Part shown: one piece after another, positions 13,110 through 28,000 of the stretch
Layout of the letters: every line of letters begins with the position of its first letter
Position numbering within the stretch: position 1 is the first letter of the stretch
Origin: Eledone cirrhosa
Taxonomy: Eukaryota
Direction: 5' to 3'
Assembly: GCA_964016885.1 (NCBI GenBank)
Contig: OZ024740.1
Span: 23,746,001 to 23,810,000, forward strand
DNA: 64,000 nucleotides
Made by a program: the position numbers and the translations under genes
The notes under the pieces: generated by a model
Databases searched by the model: none
Told to the model about the DNA's origin: nothing
What the model saw: the letters and a program-made list of their open reading frames with translations, nothing else

Positions 13110-14310
13110 GAGAAGGAAGCTGAGGCTACCAACAGACCAACTGGTAGTTACAACAACATGGCTGACATATATAGCTTGTGTAGCTAGAGAAGGAAGCTGA
13201 GTCAACCAACAGACCAACTGGTAGTAACAACAACATGGCTAACATATATAGCTTGTGTAGCTAGAGAAGGAAACTGAGTCAGTCAACAGACCACCTGGTA
13301 GTTACAACAACATGGCTGACATATATAGCTTGTGTAGCTAGAGAAGGAAGCTGAGTCAACCAACAGACCAACTGGTAGTTACAACAACATGGCTGATATA
13401 TATAGCTTGTGTAGCTAGAGAAGGAAGCTGAGTCAACCAACAGACCAACTGGTAGTAACAACAACATTGCTGACATATATAGCTTGTGTAACTAGAGAAG
13501 GAAACTGAATCAGTCAACAGACCAACTGGTAGTTACAAGAACATGGCTGACATATATAGCTTGTGTAGCTAGAGAAGGAAGCTGAGTCAAACAACAGACC
13601 TACTGGTAGTTACACCAACATGGCTGACATATATAGCTTGTGTAGCTAGAGAAGGAAGCTGAGTCAACCAACAGACCAACTGGTAGTTACAACAACATGG
13701 CTGACATATATAGCTTGTGTAGCTAGAGAAGGAAGCTGAGTCAGTCAACAGAACAACTAGTAGTTACAACAACATGGCTGACATATATATCTTGTGTAGC
13801 TAGAGAAGGAAGCTGATTTAACCAACATACCTACTGGTAGTTACAACAAAATGGCTGACATATATAGCTTGTGTAGCTAGAGAAGGAAGCTGAGGCTACC
13901 AACAGACCAACTGGTAGTTACAACAACATGGCTGACATATATAGCTTGTGTAGCTAGAGAAGGAAGCTGAGTCAACCAACAGACCAACTGGTAGTAACAA
14001 CAACATGGCTAACATATATAGCTTGTGTAGCTAGAGAAGGAAACTGAGTCAGTCAACAGACCACCTGGTAGTTACAACAACATGGCTGACATATATAGCT
14101 TGTGTAGCTAGAGAAGGAAGCTGAGTCAACCAACAGACCAACTGGTAGTTACAACAACATGGCTGATATATATAGCTTGTGTAGCTAGAGAAGGAAGCTG
14201 AGTCAACCAACAGACCAACTGGTAGTAACAACAACATGGCTGACATATATAGCTTGTGTAACTAGAGAAGGAAACTGAATCAGTCAACAGACCAACTGGT
14301 AGTTACAACA
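13110..14310. repeat. Local 10-monomer (770 bp) offset duplication
   Basis: TGAGGCTACC at 13121 and 13891. Identical translated 65-aa pseudo-ORFs at 13279 and 14049. Confidence 0.8.
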
Positions 14311-16684
14311 ACATCGCTGACATATATATCTTGTGTAGCTAGAGAAGGAAGCTGAGTCAAACGACTTACCTGCTAGTAGTTTCAACAACATGGCTGGCAT
14401 ATATAGCTTCTGTAGGTAGAGAAGGAAGCTGAGTCTACCAACAGACCAACTGGTAGTTACAACAACATGGCTGACATATATAGCTTGTGTAGCTAGAGAA
14501 GGAAGCTGAGTCAACCAACAGACCTACTGGTAGTTACACCAACATGGCTGACATATATAGCTTGTGTAGCTAGGGAAGGAAGCTGAGTCAACCAACAGAC
14601 CAACTGGTAGTTACAACAACATGGCTGACAAATATAGCTTGTGTAGCTAGAGAAGGAAGCTGAGTCAGTCAACAGAACAACTAGTAGTTACAACAACATG
14701 GCTGACATATATATCTTGTGTAGCTAGAGAAGGAAGCTGATTTAACCAACAGACCTACTGGTAGTTACAACAACATGGCTGACATATATAGCTTCTGTAG
14801 CTAGAGAAGGAAGCTGAGTCAAGCAACAGAACAACTGGTAGTTACAACAACATGGCTGACATATATAGCTTGTGTAGCTAGAGAAGGAAGCTGAGTCAAC
14901 CAACAGACCAACTGGTAGTTACAACAACATGTCTGACATATATAGCTTCTGTAGCTAGAGAAGGAAGCTAAGTCAACCAACAGACCTACTGGTAGTTACA
15001 ACAACATGGCTGACATATATAGCTTCTGTAGCTAGAGAAGGAAGCTGAGTCAAGCAACAGAATAACTGGTAGTTACAACAACATGGCTGACATATATAGC
15101 TTGTGTAGCTTGAGAAGGAAGCTGAGTCAACCAACAGACCAACTGGTAGTTACAACAACATGGCTGACATATATAGCTTGTGTAGCTAGTGAAGGAAGCT
15201 GATTTAACCAACAGACCTACTGGTAGTTACAACAACATGGCTGACATATATAGCTTGTGTAGCTAGAGAAGGAAGCTGACTCAACCAACAGACCAACTGG
15301 TATTTACAACAACATGGCTGACATATATAGCTTCTGTAGCTAGAGAAGGAAGCTGAGTCTACCAACAGACCAATTGGTAGTTACAACAACATGGCTGACA
15401 TTTATATTTTGTGTAGCTAGAGAAGGAAGCTGAGTCAACCAAGAGACCAACTGGTAGTTACAACAACATGTCTGACATATATAGCTTCTGTAGCTAGATA
15501 ATGAAGCTGAGTCAGCCAACAGACCTACTAGTAGTTACAATAACATGGCTGACTTATATAGCTTGTGTAGCTAGAGAAGGAAGCTAAGTCAACCAACAGA
15601 CCTACTGGTAGTTACAACAACATGGCTGACATATATAGCTTCTGTAGCTAGAGAAGGAAGCTGAGTCAAGCAACAGAACAACTGGTAGTTACAACAACAT
15701 GGCTGACATATATAGCTTATGTAGCGTGAGAAGGAAGATGACTCAGTCAACAGACCAACTAGTAGTTACAACAACATGGCTGACATATATATCTTGTGTA
15801 GCTAGAGAAGGAAGATGAGTCAGTCAACAGACCAACTAGTAGTTACAACCACATGGCTGACATATAAAGCTTGTGTAGCTAGAGAAGGAAGCTGATACAG
15901 TCAACAGACCAACTAGTAGTTACAACTACATGACTGACATATATATAGCTTGTGTAGCTAGAGAAGGAAGCTGAATCAACCAACAGACCAACTGGTAGTT
16001 ACAACAACTTGGCTGACATATATAGCTTATGTAGCTAGAGAAGGAAGCTGAGTCAACCAACAGACCAACTGGTAGTTACAACAACATCGCTGACATATAT
16101 ATCTTGTGTAGCTAGAGAAGGAAGCTGAGTCAAACGACTTACCTACTAGTGGTTTCAACAACATGGCTGGCATATATAGCTTCTGTAGGTAGAGAAGGAA
16201 GCTGAGGCTACCAACAGACCAACTGGTAGTTACAACAACATGGCTGACATATATAGCTTGTGTAGCTAGAGAAGGAAGCTGAGTCAACCAACAGACCAAC
16301 TGGTAGTAACAACAACATGGCTAACATATATAGCTTGTGTAGCTAGAGAAGGAAACTGAGTCAGTCAACAGACCACCTGGTAGTTACAACAACATGGCTG
16401 ACATATATAGCTTGTGTAGCTAGAGAAGGAAGCTGAGTCAACCAACAGACCAACTGGTAGTTACAACAACATGGCTGATATATATAGCTTGTGTAGCTAG
16501 AGAAGGAAGCTGAGTCAACCAACAGACCAACTGGTAGTAACAACAACATGGCTGACATATATAGCTTGTGTAACTAGAGAAGGAAACTGAATCAGTCAAC
16601 AGACCAACTGGTAGTTACAACAACATGGCTGACATATATAGCTTGTGTAGCTAGAGAAGGAAGCTGAGTCAACCAACAGACCTA

Positions 16685-19600
16685 CTGGTAGTTACACCAA
16701 CATGGCTGACATATATAGCTTGTGTAGCTAGAGAAGGAAGCTGAGTCAACCAACAGACCAACTGGTAGTTACAACAACATGGCTGACATATATAGCTTGT
16801 GTAGCTAGAGAAGGAAGCTGAGTCAGTCAACAGAACAACTAGTAGTTACAACAACATGGCTGACATATATATATTGTGTAGCTAGAGAAGGAAGCTGATT
16901 TAACCAACATACCTACTGGTAGTTACAACAAAATGGCTGACATATATAGCTTGTGTAGCTAGAGAAGGAAGCTGAGTCAACCAACAGACCAACTGGTAGT
17001 TACAACAACATGTCTGACATATATAGCTTCTGTAGCTAGAGAAGGAAGCTAAGTCAACCAACAGACCTACTGGTAGTTACAACAACATGGCTGACATATA
17101 TAGCTTCTGTAGCTAGAGAAGGAAGCTGAGTCAAGCAACAGAACAACTGGTAGTTACAACAACATGGCTGACATATATAGCTTGTGTAGCTAGAGAAGGA
17201 AGCTGAGTCAACCAACAGACCAACTGGTAGTTACAACAACATGGCTGACATATATAGCTTGTGTAGCTAGTGAAGGAAGCTGATTTAACCAACAGACCTA
17301 CTGGTAGTTACAACAACATGGCTGACATATATAGCTTGTGTAGCTAGAGAAGGAAGCTGACTCAACCAACAGACCAACTGGTATTTACAACAACATGGCT
17401 GACATATATAGCTTCTGTAGCTAGAGAAGGAAGCTGAGTCTACCAACAGACCAATTGGTAGTTACAACAACATGGCTGACATTTATATCTTGTGTAGCTA
17501 GAGAAGGAAGCTGAGTCAACCAAGAGACCAACTGGTAGTTACAACAACATGGCTGACATTTATAACTTGTGTAGCTAGATAATGAAGCTGAGTCAGCCAA
17601 CAGACCTACTAGTAGTTACAATAACATGGCTGACTTATATAGCTTGTGTAGCTAGAGAAGGCAGCTGAGACAACTAACAGACCAACTGGTAGTTACAACA
17701 ACATGGCTGACATATATAGCTTGTGTAGCTAGAGAAGGAAGCTGAGTCAACCAACAGACCGACTGGTAGTTACAACAACATGGCTGACATATATAGCTTG
17801 TGTAGCTAGAGAAGGAAGCTGAGTCAACCAACAGACCAACTGGTAGTTACAACAACATGGCTGACATATATAGCTTCTGTAGCTAGAAAAGGAAGCTAAG
17901 TCAAGCAACAGACCAACTGGTAGTTACAACAACATGGCTGACATATATAGCTTGTGTAGCTAGAGAAGGAAGCTGAGTCAACCAATAGACCAACTGGTAG
18001 TTACAACAACATGGCTGACATATATAGCTTGTGTAACTAGAGAAGGAAACTGAATCAGTCAACAGACCAACTGGTAGTTACAACAACATGGCTGATATAT
18101 ATAGCTTGTGTAGCTAGAGAAGGAAGGTGAGTCAACCAACAGACCAACTGGTAGTAACAACAACATGGCTGACATATATAGCTTGTGTAACTAGAGAAGG
18201 AAACTGAATCAGTCAACAGACCAACTGGTAGTTACAACAACATGGCTGACATATATAGCTTGTGTAGCTAGAGAAGGAAGCTGAGTCAACCAACAGACCT
18301 ACTGGTAGTTACACCAACATGGCTGACATATATAGCTTGTGTAGCTAGAGAAGGAAGCTGAGTCAACCAACAGACCAACTGGTAGTTACAACAACATGGC
18401 TGACATATATAGCTTGTGTAGCTAGAGAAGGAAGCTGAGTCAGTCAACAGAACAACTAGTAGTTACAACAACATGGCTGACATATATATATTGTGTAGCT
18501 AGAGAAGGAAGCTGATTTAACCAACATACCTACTGGTAGTTACAACAAAATGGCTGACATATATAGCTTGTGTAGCTAGAGAAGGAAGCTGAGTCAACCA
18601 ACAGACCAACTGGTAGTTACAACAACATGTCTGACATATATAGCTTCTGTAGCTAGAGAAGGAAGCTGAGTCAAGCAACAGAACAACTGGTAGTTACAAC
18701 AACATGGCTGACATATATAGCTTGTGTAGCTAGAGAAGGAAGCTGAGTCAACCAACAGACCAACTGGTAGTTACAACAACATGGCTGACATATATAGCTT
18801 GTGTAGCTAGTGAAGGAAGCTGATTTAACCAACAGACCTACTGGTAGTTACAACAACATGGCTGACATATATAGCTTGTGTAGCTAGAGAAGGAAGCTGA
18901 CTCAACCAACAGACCAACTGGTATTTACAACAACATGGCTGACATATATAGCTTCTGTAGCTAGAGAAGGAAGCTGAGTCTACCAACAGACCAATTGGTA
19001 GTTACAACAACATGGCTGACATTTATATCTTGTGTAGCTAGAGAAGGAAGCTGAGTCAACCAAGAGACCAACTGGTAGTTACAACAACATGGCTGACATT
19101 TATAACTTGTGTAGCTAGATAATGAAGCTGAGTCAGCCAACAGACCTACTAGTAGTTACAATAACATGGCTGACTTATATAGCTTGTGTAGCTAGAGAAG
19201 GCAGCTGAGACAACTAACAGACCAACTGGTAGTTACAACAACATGGCTGACATATATAGCTTGTGTAGCTAGAGAAGGAAGCTGAGTCAACCAACAGACC
19301 GACTGGTAGTTACAACAACATGGCTGCCATATATAGCTTGTGTAGCTAGAGAAGGAAGCTGAGTCAACCAACAGACCAACTGGTAGTTACACCAACATGG
19401 CTGACATATATAGCTTGTGTAGCTAGAGAAGGAAGCTGAGTCAACCAACAGACCAACTGGTAGTTACAACAACATGGCTGACATATATAGCTTGTGTAGC
19501 TAGAGAAGGAAGCTGAGTCAGTCAACAGAACAACTAGTAGTTACAACAACATGGCTGACATATATATATTGTGTAGCTAGAGAAGGAAGCTGATTTAACC

Positions 19601-22085
19601 AACATACCTACTGGTAGTTACAACAACATGGCTGACATATATAGCTTGTGTAGCTAGAGAAGGAAGCTGAGTCAACCAACAGACCAACTGGTAGTTACAA
19701 CAACATGTCTGACATATATAGCTTCTGTAGCTAGAGAAGGAAGCTAAGTCAACCAACAGACCTACTGGTAGTTACAACAACATGGCTGACATATATAGCT
19801 TCTGTAGCTAGAGAAGGAAGCTGAGTCAAGCAACAGAACAACTGGTAGTTACAACAACATGGCTGACATATATAGCTTGTGTAGCTAGAGAAGGAAGCTG
19901 AGTCAACCAACAGACCAACTGGTAGTTACAACAACATGGCTGACATATATAGCTTGTGTAGCTAGTGAAGGAAGCTGATTTAACCAACAGACCTACTGGT
20001 AGTTACAACAACATGGCTGACATATATAGCTTGTGTAGCTAGAGAAGGAAGCTGACTCAACCAACAGACCAACTGGTATTTACAACAACATGGCTGACAT
20101 ATATAGCTTCTGTAGCTAGAGAAGGAAGCTGAGTCTACCAACAGACCAATTGGTAGTTACAACAACATGGCTGACATTTATATCTTGTGTAGCTAGAGAA
20201 GGAAGCTGAGTCAACCAAGAGACCAACTGGTAGTTACAACAACATGGCTGACATTTATAACTTGTGTAGCTAGATAATGAAGCTGAGTCAGCCAACAGAC
20301 CTACTAGTAGTTACAATAACATGGCTGACTTATATAGCTTGTGTAGCTAGAGAAGGCAGCTGAGACAACTAACAGACCAACTGGTAGTTACAACAACATG
20401 GCTGACATATATAGCTTGTGTAGCTAGAGAAGGAAGCTGAGTCAACCAACAGACCGACTGGTAGTTACAACAACATGGCTGACATATATAGCTTGTGTAG
20501 CTAGAGAAGGAAGCTGAGTCAACCAACAGACCAACTGGTAGTTACAACAACATGGCTGACATATATAGCTTCTGTAGCTAGAAAAGGAAGCTAAGTCAAG
20601 CAACAGACCAACTGGTAGTTACAACAACATGGCTGACATATATAGCTTGTGTAGCTAGAGAAGGAAGCTGAGTCAACCAATAGACCAACTGGTAGTTACA
20701 ACAACATGGCTGACATATATAGCTTGTGTAACTAGAGAAGGAAACTGAATCAGTCAACAGACCAACTGGTAGTTACAACAACATGGCTGATATATATAGC
20801 TTGTGTAGCTAGAGAAGGAAGCTGAGTCAACCAACAGACCAACTGGTAGTAACAACAACATGGCTGACATATATAGCTTGTGTAACTAGAGAAGGAAACT
20901 GAATCAGTCAACAGACCAACTGGTAGTTACAACAACATGGCTGACATATATAGCTTGTGTAGCTAGAGAAGGAAGCTGAGTCAACCAACAGACCTACTGG
21001 TAGTTACACCAACATGGCTGACATATATAGCTTGTGTAGCTAGAGAAGGAAGCTGAGTCAACCAACAGACCAACTGGTAGTTACAACAACATGGCTGACA
21101 TATATAGCTTGTGTAGCTAGAGAAGGAAGCTGAGTCAGTCAACAGAACAACTAGTAGTTACAACAACATGGCTGACATATATATATTGTGTAGCTAGAGA
21201 AGGAAGCTGATTTAACCAACATACCTACTGGTAGTTACAACAAAATGGCTGACATATATAGCTTGTGTAGCTAGAGAAGGAAGCTGAGTCAACCAACAGA
21301 CCAACTGGTAGTTACAACAACATGTCTGACATATATAGCTTCTGTAGCTAGAGAAGGAAGCTGAGTCAAGCAACAGAACAACTGGTAGTTACAACAACAT
21401 GGCTGACATATATAGCTTGTGTAGCTAGAGAAGGAAGCTGAGTCAACCAACAGACCAACTGGTAGTTACAACAACATGGCTGACATATATAGCTTGTGTA
21501 GCTAGTGAAGGAAGCTGATTTAACCAACAGACCTACTGGTAGTTACAACAACATGGCTGACATATATAGCTTGTGTAGCTAGAGAAGGAAGCTGACTCAA
21601 CCAACAGACCAACTGGTATTTACAACAACATGGCTGACATATATAGCTTCTGTAGCTAGAGAAGGAAGCTGAGTCTACCAACAGACCAATTGGTAGTTAC
21701 AACAACATGGCTGACATTTATATCTTGTGTAGCTAGAGAAGGAAGCTGAGTCAACCAAGAGACCAACTGGTAGTTACAACAACATGGCTGACATTTATAA
21801 CTTGTGTAGCTAGATAATGAAGCTGAGTCAGCCAACAGACCTACTAGTAGTTACAATAACATGGCTGACTTATATAGCTTGTGTAGCTAGAGAAGGCAGC
21901 TGAGACAACTAACAGACCAACTGGTAGTTACAACAACATGGCTGACATATATAGCTTGTGTAGCTAGAGAAGGAAGCTGAGTCAACCAACAGACCGACTG
22001 GTAGTTACAACAACATGGCTGACATATATAGCTTGTGTAGCTAGAGAAGGAAGCTGAGTCAACCAACAGACCAACTGGTAGTTAC
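16685..22085. repeat. 35-monomer (2695 bp) tandem duplication composed of 20+15 monomer sub-units
   Basis: Marker GCAGCTGAGACAACTAAC at 17661, 19201, 20356 and 21896 (spacings 1540, 1155, 1540 = 20, 15, 20 monomers). Confidence 0.85.
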
Positions 22086-25000
22086 AACAACATGGCTGAC
22101 ATATATAGCTTCTGTAGCTAGAATAGGAAGCTAAGTCAAGCAACAGACCAACTGGTAGTTACAACAACATGGCTGACATATATAGCTTGTGTAGCTAGAG
22201 AAGGAAGCTGAGTCAACCAACAGACCAACTGGTAGTTACAACAACATGGCTGACATATATAGCTTGTGTAACTAGAGAAGGAAACTGAATCAGTCAACAG
22301 ACCAACTGGTAGTTACAACAACATGGCTGACATATATAGCTTGTGTAGCTACAGAAGGAAGCTGAGTCAACCAACAGACCTACTGGTAGTTACAACAACA
22401 TGGCTGACATATATAGCTTGTGTAGCGTGAGAAGGAAGATGACTCAGTCAACAGACCAACTAGTAGTTACAACAACATGGCTGATATTTATATCTTGTGT
22501 AGTTAGAGAAAGATGCTGAGTCAACCAACAGACCGACTGGTAGTTACAACAACTTGGTTGACATATATAGCTTGTGTAGCTAGAGAAGGAAGCTGAGTCA
22601 GCCAACAGACCTACTAGTAGTTACAACAACATGGCTGACATTTATATCTTGTGTAGCTAGAGAAAGAATCTGAGTCAACCAACAGACCTACTGGTAGTTA
22701 CAACAACATGGCTGACATATATACCTTGTGTAGCTAGAGAATGAAGCTGAGTCAACCAACAGACCAACTGGTAGTTATAACAACATGGCTGACATATATA
22801 ATTTATGTAGCTAGAGAAGGAAGCTGAGTCAACCAACAGACCAACTGGTAGTTACAACAACATGGCTGACATATATATCTTGTGTAGCTAGAGAAGGAAG
22901 CTGAGTCAACCAACAGAGCAACTGGTAGTAACAACAACATGGCTGACATTTATATCTTGAGTAGCTAGAGAATGAAGATGAGTCAGTCACCAGACCAACT
23001 AGTAGTTACAACAACATGGCTGACATATATATCATGTGTAGCTAGAGAAGGAAGCTGAATCAACCAACAGACCAACTGGTAGTTACAACAACATGGCTGA
23101 CATATATAGTTTATGTAGCTAGAGAAGGAAGCTGAGTCAACCAACAGACCAACTGGTAGTTACAACAACATGGCTGACATATATATCTTGTGTAGCTAGA
23201 GAAGGTACCTGAGTCAACCAACAGACCTACTGGTAGTTACAACAACATGGCTGACATATATACCTTGTGTAGCTAGAGAATGAAGCTGAGTCAACCAACA
23301 GACCAACTGGTAGTTACAACAACATGGCTGACATATATAGCTTGTGTAGCTAGAGAAGGAAGCTGAATCAACCAACAGACCAACTGGTAGTTACAACAAC
23401 TTGGCTGACATATATAGCTTATGTAGCTAGAGAAGGAAGCTGAGTCAACCAACAGACCAACTGGTAGTTACAACAACATCGCTGACATATATATCTTGTG
23501 TAGCTAGAGAAGGAAGCTGAGTCAAACGACTTACCTACTAGTAGTTTCAACAACATGGCTGGCATATATAGCTTCTGTAGGTAGAGAAGGAAGCTGAGTC
23601 TACCAACAGACCAACTGGTAGTTACAACAACATGGCTGACATATATAGCTTGTGTAGCTAGAGAAGGAAGCTGAGGCTACCAACAGACCAACTGGTAGTT
23701 ACAACAACATGGCTGACATATATAGCTTGTGTAGCTAGAGAAGGAAGCTGAGTCAACCAACAGACCAACTGGTAGTAACAACAACATGGCTAACATATAT
23801 AGCTTGTGTAGCTAGAGAAGGAAACTGAGTCAGTCAACAGACCACCTGGTAGTTACAACAACATGGCTGACATATATAGCTTGTGTAGCTAGAGAAGGAA
23901 GCTGAGTCAACCAACAGACCAACTGGTAGTTACAACAACATGGCTGATATATATAGCTTGTGTAGCTAGAGAAGGAAGCTGAGTCAACCAACAGACCAAC
24001 TGGTAGTAACAACAACATGGCTGACATATATAGCTTGTGTAACTAGAGAAGGAAACTGAATCAGTCAACAGACCAACTGGTAGTTACAGCAACATGGCTG
24101 ACATATATAGCTTGTGTAGCTAGAGAAGGAAGCTGAGTCAACCAACAGACCTACTGGTAGTTACAACAACATGGCTGACATATATAGCTTGTGTAGCTAG
24201 AGAAGGAAGCTGAGTCAACCAACAGACCAACTGGTAGTTACAACAACATGGCTGACATATATAGCTTGTGTAGCTAGAGAAGGAAGCTGAGTCAGTCAAC
24301 AGAACAACTAGTAGTTACAACAACATGGCTGACATATATATCTTGTGTAGCTAGAGAAGGAAGCTGATTTAACCAACATACCTACTGGTAGTTACAACAA
24401 AATGGCTGACATATATAGCTTGTGTAGCTAGAGAAGGAAGCTGAGTCAACCAACAGACCAACTGGTAGTTACAACAACATGTCTGACATATATAGCTTCT
24501 GTAGCTAGAGAAGGAAGCTAAGTCAACCAACAGACCTACTGGTAGTTACAACAACATGGCTGACATATAGCTTCTGTAGCTAGAGAAGGAAGCTGAGTCA
24601 ACCAACAGACCAACTGGTAGTTACAACAACATGGCTGACATATATAGCTTGTGTAGCTAGTGAAGGAAGCTGATTTAACCAACAGACCTACTGGTAGTTA
24701 CAACAACATGGCTGACATATATAGCTTGTGTAGCTAGAGAAGGAAGCTGACTCAACCAACAGACCAACTGGTATTTACAACAACATGGCTGACATATATA
24801 GCTTCTGTAGCTAGAGAAGGAAGCTGAGTCTACCAACAGACCAATTGGTAGTTACAACAACATGGCTGACATTTATATCTTGTGTAGCTAGAGAAGGAAG
24901 CTGAGTCAACCAAGAGACCAACTGGTAGTTACAACAACATGGCTGACATATATAGCTTGTGTAGCTAGAGATCGAAGCTGAGTCAACCAACAGACCAACT

Positions 25001-28000
25001 GGTAGTTACAACAACATGGCTGACATATATATCTTGTGTAGCTAGATAATGAAGCTGAGTCAGCCAACAGACCTACTAGTAGTTACAATAACATGGCTGA
25101 CTTATATAGCTTGTGTAGCTAGAGAAGGCAGCTGAGACAACTAACAGACCAACTGGTAGTTACAACAACATGGCTGACATATATAGTTTGTGTAGCTAGA
25201 GAAGGAAGCTGAGTCAACCAACAGACCGACTGGTAGTTACAACAACATGGCTGACATATATAGCTTGTGTAGCTAGAGTTGGTAGCAGAGTCAACCAACA
25301 GACCAACTGGTAGTTACAACAACATGGCTGACATATATAGCTTCTGTAGCTAGAAAAGAAAGCTAAGTCAAGCAACAGACCAACTGGTAGTTACAACAAC
25401 ATGGCTGACATATATAGCTTGTGTAGCTAGAGAAGGAAGCTGAGTCAACCAACAGACCAACTGGTAGTTACAACAACATGGCTGACATATATAGCTTGTG
25501 TAGCTAGAGAAGGAAGCTGAGTCAACCAACAGACCAACTGGTAGTTACAACAACATGGCTGACATATATATCTTGTGTAGCTAGTGAAGGAAGCTGATTT
25601 AACCAACAGACCTACTGGTAGTTACAACAAAATGGCTGACATATATAGCTTGTATAGCTAGAGAAGGAAGCTGACTCAACCAACAGACCAACTGGTATTT
25701 ACAACAACATGTCTGACATATATAGCTTCTGTAGCTAGAGAAGGAAGCTGAGTCAAGCAACAGAACAACTGGTAGTTACAACAACATGGCTGACATATAT
25801 AGCTTGTGTAGCTAGAGAAGGAAGCTGAGTCAACCAACAGACCAACTGGTAGTTACAACAACATGGCTGACATATATAGCTTGTGTAGCTAGTGAAGGAA
25901 GCTGATTTAACCAACAGACCTACTGGTAGTTACAACAACATGGCTGACATATATAGCTTGTGTAGCTAGAGAAGGAAGCTGACTCAACCAACAGACCAAC
26001 TGGTATTTACAACAACATGGCTGACATATATAGCTTCTGTAGCTAGAGAAGGAAGCTGAGTCTACCAACAGACCAATTGGTAGTTACAACAACATGGCTG
26101 ACATTTATATCTTGTGTAGCTAGAGAAGGAAGCTGAGTCAACCAAGAGACCAACTGGTAGTTACAACAACATGGCTGACATTTATAACTTGTGTAGCTAG
26201 ATAATGAAGCTGAGTCAGCCAACAGACCTACTAGTAGTTACAATAACATGGCTGACTTATATAGCTTGTGTAGCTAGAGAAGGCAGCTGAGACAACTAAC
26301 AGACCAACTGGTAGTTACAACAACATGGCTGACATATATAGCTTGTGTAGCTAGAGAAGGAAGCTGAGTCAACCAACAGACCGACTGGTAGTTACAACAA
26401 CATGGCTGCCATATATAGCTTGTGTAGCTAGAGAAGGAAGCTGAGTCAACCAACAGACCAACTGGTAGTTACACCAACATGGCTGACATATATAGCTTGT
26501 GTAGCTAGAGAAGGAAGCTGAGTCAACCAACAGACCAACTGGTAGTTACAACAACATGGCTGACATATATAGCTTGTGTAGCTAGAGAAGGAAGCTGAGT
26601 CAGTCAACAGAACAACTAGTAGTTACAACAACATGGCTGACATATATATATTGTGTAGCTAGAGAAGGAAGCTGATTTAACCAACATACCTACTGGTAGT
26701 TACAACAACATGGCTGACATATATAGCTTGTGTAGCTAGAGAAGGAAGCTGAGTCAACCAACAGACCAACTGGTAGTTACAACAACATGTCTGACATATA
26801 TAGCTTCTGTAGCTAGAGAAGGAAGCTAAGTCAACCAACAGACCTACTGGTAGTTACAACAACATGGCTGACATATATAGCTTCTGTAGCTAGAGAAGGA
26901 AGCTGAGTCAAGCAACAGAACAACTGGTAGTTACAACAACATGGCTGACATATATAGCTTGTGTAGCTAGAGAAGGAAGCTGAGTCAACCAACAGACCAA
27001 CTGGTAGTTACAACAACATGGCTGACATATATAGCTTGTGTAGCTAGTGAAGGAAGCTGATTTAACCAACAGACCTACTGGTAGTTACAACAACATGGCT
27101 GACATATATAGCTTGTGTAGCTAGAGAAGGAAGCTGACTCAACCAACAGACCAACTGGTATTTACAACAACATGGCTGACATATATAGCTTCTGTAGCTA
27201 GAGAAGGAAGCTGAGTCTACCAACAGACCAATTGGTAGTTACAACAACATGGCTGACATTTATATCTTGTGTAGCTAGAGAAGGAAGCTGAGTCAACCAA
27301 GAGACCAACTGGTAGTTACAACAACATGGCTGACATTTATAACTTGTGTAGCTAGATAATGAAGCTGAGTCAGCCAACAGACCTACTAGTAGTTACAATA
27401 ACATGGCTGACTTATATAGCTTGTGTAGCTAGAGAAGGCAGCTGAGACAACTAACAGACCAACTGGTAGTTACAACAACATGGCTGACATATATAGCTTG
27501 TGTAGCTAGAGAAGGAAGCTGAGTCAACCAACAGACCGACTGGTAGTTACAACAACATGGCTGACATATATAGCTTGTGTAGCTAGAGAAGGAAGCTGAG
27601 TCAACCAACAGACCAACTGGTAGTTACAACAACATGGCTGACATATATAGCTTCTGTAGCTAGAAAAGGAAGCTAAGTCAAGCAACAGACCAACTGGTAG
27701 TTACAACAACATGGCTGACATATATAGCTTGTGTAGCTAGAGAAGGAAGCTGAGTCAACCAATAGACCAACTGGTAGTTACAACAACATGGCTGACATAT
27801 ATAGCTTGTGTAACTAGAGAAGGAAACTGAATCAGTCAACAGACCAACTGGTAGTTACAACAACATGGCTGATATATATAGCTTGTGTAGCTAGAGAAGG
27901 AAGCTGAGTCAACCAACAGACCAACTGGTAGTAACAACAACATGGCTGACATATATAGCTTGTGTAACTAGAGAAGGAAACTGAATCAGTCAACAGACCA

